Source: an uncultured Acidimicrobiales bacterium
GTDB lineage: Bacteria; Actinomycetota; Acidimicrobiia; Acidimicrobiales; SHLQ01
Length of the DNA stretch: 64,000 bases
Direction: 5' to 3'
NCBI GenBank assembly: GCA_938084885.1
Contig: CALKGG010000081.1
Location: 1,083 to 65,082 of the forward strand
Shown: positions 60,620 to 64,000 of the stretch, one piece after another
Numbering within the stretch: the first letter of the stretch is position 1
Layout of the letters: the number at the start of each line of letters is the position of its first letter
Notes under the pieces: model-generated
Database searches by the model: none
Told to the model about the DNA's origin: nothing
Seen by the model: only the letters and a program-made list of their open reading frames with translations
Translations under genes and position numbers: made by a program

Positions 60620-62143
60620 CTATGAACGGTCTCCGGCAGCTGCCAGATCGGACAGCGTCGTCACCTCGTTCGGCCCCTTATCCAACCGGTACTGCTTTAC
60701 CCGAGCAAAGCGAAGCGCAAGCCCGCCTGGATAGGTCGTCGATCGCTGCACCCCATCGATCGCGATCTCGACGACGAGCTCGGGGCGGACAAACACGGTA
60801 ATCCCGACCTCCGATACCCTCCGCTCGAGCAGTTGGCTGGTTTGCCACTCGAGTAGCTCATTGGTCAGCCCCTTGAAGGTCTTGCCGACCATCACAAACT
60901 CGTCCACGGTACCGTCGCGTCGAGCACCCAAGTGCAGATTCGACAGCGTTCCCGTTCGCCGCCCGTGACCCCACTCGGCTCCAAGAACGACGAGATCAAC
61001 GGTGTGCACAGGCTTGACCTTGCGCCACGTCTTGCCCCGACGCCCGGCCGTGTAGGGCGAATCAATGGCCTTCACCATGACCCCCTCGTGTCCCGCATCG
61101 AGCACCGACTCGCCAAACGCATCGGCCTCACCCGGATCGTCGGTGACAATGCCCGAAATCGCATGCGCCCCGACCACCTCGTCGAGATGAGTCAACCGGT
61201 CGGACAACGCTAGATCGATCACGTCGACACCGTCACGATGCAAGATGTCGAAGAAGGACACACCAAGTTCGACCCGCTCGCTGTTTCCACCGGACTGAAA
61301 TGTCGACGCCGTGTCCTGAAACATCGCAGGCGACTCACCAGCGACCCCGATCAGCTCGCCATCGAGCACGAGCGAATCGGCCGTGAACGACAAGACCAAC
61401 TCGCACACCCCAGGGAACCGATCGGTGACGTCATGGAGGTTCCTCGTGTACAACCAAACCTCGGAGCCAAGCCGATGCACCTGGAGTCGGATGCCATCGA
61501 GCTTTGCCTGCACCGAGGCCATACCCATCTCGGCGATCGCCTCCGAAATCGACGCCGACGTGGCAGCCAACATGGGTTGCACCGCTCGACCAACTTCCAA
61601 CCCCACAGCATCGAGCGCGTCTCGACCGAACGCCAGCGCAATCTCGGCGGTGACCCCAAGATTGCCGTTCATCATGAGCGCACGTCGAACCAACCCAACA
61701 GGAACACTGGCCGCCTTGGCAATGGCGGTAACCATGACACCATCGAGCGCACCCTGGCGAAGACCTCCGGTCAGCACGGTTCTGAGGAACTGGCCTTCCA
61801 ATGCCGTTGCGTGGCTCATCACTGCACCGAGCAAACGAGCTCGTTCGGCCTTCGACCCCGCACCGGTGACCGCTGCGATCACGCTCATAGCCTGATCGAC
61901 ATCACCCACGAGCAGTGAGGACGTCGAGCTTGACGCCACATCGAGATCTCGGAATGCAGCCCATCCCACGCCGATGCGACCCTGCCGAATCTCACCGGTG
62001 AGAAGCCCAACGACGATCGGCGCCTCCGCCGGAGATGTTGCGCTCAGCAACGCTGCGAGCAACGCGACCTTGTCATTGCGCGCCGAAGCACCAGCCACCT
62101 TCTCGGCAGTGGCGACGACTGCGGCAAATGTCAACGGCACCAT
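60620..62143 (-). CDS. lig: ATP-dependent DNA ligase (LigB-like, 507 aa)
   Basis: Adenylation motif I (VQAKLDGIRLQV). Motif V region (EGVMVKA..SPYTAGRRGKTWRKVK). Confidence 0.9.
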   Translation of the reverse strand: MVPLTFAAVVATAEKVAGASARNDKVALLAALLSATSPAEAPIVVGLLTGEIRQGRIGVGWAAFRDLDVASSSTSSLLVGDVDQAMSVIAAVTGAGSKAERARLLGAVMSHATALEGQFLRTVLTGGLRQGALDGVMVTAIAKAASVPVGLVRRALMMNGNLGVTAEIALAFGRDALDAVGLEVGRAVQPMLAATSASISEAIAEMGMASVQAKLDGIRLQVHRLGSEVWLYTRNLHDVTDRFPGVCELVLSFTADSLVLDGELIGVAGESPAMFQDTASTFQSGGNSERVELGVSFFDILHRDGVDVIDLALSDRLTHLDEVVGAHAISGIVTDDPGEADAFGESVLDAGHEGVMVKAIDSPYTAGRRGKTWRKVKPVHTVDLVVLGAEWGHGRRTGTLSNLHLGARRDGTVDEFVMVGKTFKGLTNELLEWQTSQLLERRVSEVGITVFVRPELVVEIAIDGVQRSTTYPGGLALRFARVKQYRLDKGPNEVTTLSDLAAAGDRS

Positions 62144-62169
62144 TGCACGACTCTACGATCCACGAGCCT

Positions 62170-62210
62170 GCCCCGCTGCTATCGCAGTGCCCCGCTGCTA
62201 TCGCAGTGCC
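62170..62210. repeat. Tandem direct repeat, 19-nt unit, 2.2 copies (GCCCCGCTGCTATCGCAGT)
   Basis: Units at 62170-62188 and 62189-62207. It spans the stop codon of the TPR gene (62198-62200) and lies 27 nt upstream of the ligase start codon. Confidence 0.85.
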
Positions 62211-63388
62211 TCACGCAAGCCGAACTGGTTCATCAACGAAACCATGTCGGCCGGAGGGTCGGGGATCAAATCAAACTGCTCGAGCTCGGCCCGCGCTTCA
62301 TCAGGACGACCCAACCGATTAAACAAAAACGCCCGAAACACCCGGGCATCGGCGGTTTGTGGATCGGCATCAATCGCCCGGTCCAGCCAATCTTCCGCGT
62401 CGTCGAACAGGTCTTCCTCGCCAGACTCGGCAAGCAGCGCAAGGGTCCAACCATGCCAAGCCAGCGCATCGGCATTGTCCGGTTCGACTTCGAGCACCGA
62501 GTCGAACGAACGAAGCGCTTGGGTTGGATCTTCGAGTTGCACAAAAAGTTCACCGGCGAGCTGTGCCTCGGCCACACCAACCCCCTCGGCCGCAAGATCG
62601 ACCAGATCGAGCGTCCCCGGCGTCGCCGACAACAACTCAGACATCCGAGCAATGCCAATGCGCTCGCGCACCTGGCGCTCGGCCACAAGCGACTGAGCAA
62701 TCGCCGTGGGATTCGACTCGTCGAACGCTGCCAACTCAGCCGACGCCGTGACGTAATCCTCGGCGTCGAGAGCAACGATCGCCCGGAAAACACGCACATC
62801 GCCATAGTCGGGTTCGAAGGCAACCGCCTCGTCAAAGTCGGCCATGGCGGCCTCGACATTGCCGCTCTGATATTGCAACCAACCCCGATACGTGAACGCT
62901 TCCACATTCGTTGGACTTTCTTCGAGCACGTCACCATACAGCTCGATCGCGCGGTCAACGTTTCCGAGCCGGAACTCGTTGGCGGCATCGTTCAGCAACG
63001 ACGCGCTACTCAACCGAATCTCGCCGCTCGCGGTGTCATTGGCACCGCGGGCACCGGAGAACTCGACCATCGCGAACGCCGCAAAACCGGCGAGCAACAC
63101 CACCCCGAGCGACCACATGACCTTGCGACCAAGAGGCGACGACGCCCGCTTAACTCGCTTCACCGGAGCACCGTCAAGGACTCGAGTCAAGATTGCGGCC
63201 CGGGCGGTGTAGTCATTCTTGAGCGTTACATAGTCGAGCTCGTCAATATCGCCCGCAGCCAACTCAGAGTCGAGATCATCAAGCGACGCGAGCAGATGAT
63301 CGCGCTCGACCTGCAGCCGCTCCCGCTCAGATTCATCGATCGTTGCCGACCCGGTCGCTGTGCGGCTGTGGGGTGCAGTCGTGGTCAC
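62198..63388 (-). CDS. TPR-repeat membrane protein, CcmI/NrfG-like
   Basis: Coiled-coil N-terminus, one TM helix (VMWSLGVVLLAGFAAFAMV), then multiple TPR-like repeats. The GTG start overlaps the ccmH stop (GTGA). Confidence 0.6.
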   Translation of the reverse strand: MTTTAPHSRTATGSATIDESERERLQVERDHLLASLDDLDSELAAGDIDELDYVTLKNDYTARAAILTRVLDGAPVKRVKRASSPLGRKVMWSLGVVLLAGFAAFAMVEFSGARGANDTASGEIRLSSASLLNDAANEFRLGNVDRAIELYGDVLEESPTNVEAFTYRGWLQYQSGNVEAAMADFDEAVAFEPDYGDVRVFRAIVALDAEDYVTASAELAAFDESNPTAIAQSLVAERQVRERIGIARMSELLSATPGTLDLVDLAAEGVGVAEAQLAGELFVQLEDPTQALRSFDSVLEVEPDNADALAWHGWTLALLAESGEEDLFDDAEDWLDRAIDADPQTADARVFRAFLFNRLGRPDEARAELEQFDLIPDPPADMVSLMNQFGLREALR

Positions 63389-63849
63389 GTCGACTTCCCC
63401 TTGCGGAGCTCCTCGACGAGCAGCACATCAGACGCCGACGGACCAACGAGTTCGATCGTTCTCCAACGCCGGAAGACCGCAAAGAGCGCCGCGAACCCAA
63501 ACACCATGAGCACGACCGGAACAGTCCAAATAAGACCAACGATGCCACCCGAACTCGGACGAAGGTCGATTGATTCTCCGTATGCCGAGATCAGCGCATT
63601 CGTCACCTGCGCGTCAGAATCGCCGCCGTCGACACGGCGTTGAATGTCGCGGCGAATCTCGAGAGCGATCACCGCATTCGACTCGGCCACCGACTGGCCA
63701 TCGCAGGTCGGGCATGCGAAATCCTCGGCGAGGGCACGTACTCGATCCTGGTTTGTGCGCGGAGGCCCGTCGACCTGGGTGGACACCACGAGGGCGCTCA
63801 ACGCCGCGGCCAGCAGACACAACCAAATACACGTTCGCTTCGAGAACAC
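63385..63849 (-). CDS. ccmH: Cytochrome c-type biogenesis protein CcmH/NrfF family
   Basis: Signal sequence, CxxC motif in FACPTCDGQSVAESNAVIALEIRRDIQRRV, ..SDAQV.., and a C-terminal TM helix. Confidence 0.8.
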   Translation of the reverse strand: MFSKRTCIWLCLLAAALSALVVSTQVDGPPRTNQDRVRALAEDFACPTCDGQSVAESNAVIALEIRRDIQRRVDGGDSDAQVTNALISAYGESIDLRPSSGGIVGLIWTVPVVLMVFGFAALFAVFRRWRTIELVGPSASDVLLVEELRKGKST

Positions 63850-64000
63850 CTACTGCCCTCCTGCCTGTGGCGCACCGGAAAGCCGGCCGATCTCCAATTC
63901 AATGTCATCTTGGGTAATGCCGCCGACGAACTTGGTTGTGACAATTCCGGTGGGAGCCACAAGGTACGTCTCGGGCACCGCCGCAACGCCGAAATTGATG
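63850..64000 (-). CDS. Thioredoxin-fold CcmG/DsbE/ResA-like protein, C-terminal 49 aa only (cut by the window edge)
   Basis: My own translation of the minus strand: INFGVAAVPETYLVAPTGIVTTKFVGGITQDDIELEIGRLSGAPQAGGQ*. The G-V-x-x-x-PET-[FY]-L-[IV] segment is typical of CcmG/DsbE. Confidence 0.65.
   Translation of the reverse strand, partial: INFGVAAVPETYLVAPTGIVTTKFVGGITQDDIELEIGRLSGAPQAGGQ

Overview
This is a 64-kb stretch of a high-GC, Actinomycetota-type chromosome. Lineage markers visible in the sequence are the bS22 micro-protein, Rpf, PdtaS, Kgd with a fused E2-like domain, UvrD2 with HRDC, Lhr, DUF501 and DUF3107. A deeper placement (possibly Acidimicrobiia-like) is only a guess. I call 55 CDS (two cut by the window edges), one tRNA-Gln, two candidate terminators and several short tandem or palindromic repeats. 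The content is mostly core housekeeping. About 20.4-42.2 kb is one co-directional minus-strand array collinear with the mycobacterial Rv1007c-Rv1026 neighbourhood: metG, tatD, rpf, ksgA, ispE, tRNA-Gln, glmU, prs, rplY, pth, mfd, mazG, eno, ftsB, DUF501, ppx. I see no transposase, integrase, phage gene, CRISPR array, toxin-antitoxin pair or recognisable defence system, and I cannot point to a clear new system. The items most worth a second look are: (1) a ~4.4-kb molybdenum-hydroxylase maturation cassette (MoxR/CoxD-like, VWA/CoxE-like, two XdhC-like genes, a MocA-like domain) inserted between ftsB and DUF501, with the MocA-like domain fused in frame to DUF501 and no Mo-enzyme structural genes nearby; (2) a truncated GlmU-like protein with degenerate active-site motifs at the canonical glmU position; (3) System-I-type cytochrome c maturation genes (ccmG-ccmH-ccmI-like) at the right edge; (4) short tandem repeats sharing a TATCGCAG core upstream of two unrelated genes, and twin palindromes at the gdh ribosome-binding region. 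All family assignments come from motif recognition by eye. No database or HMM search was possible.
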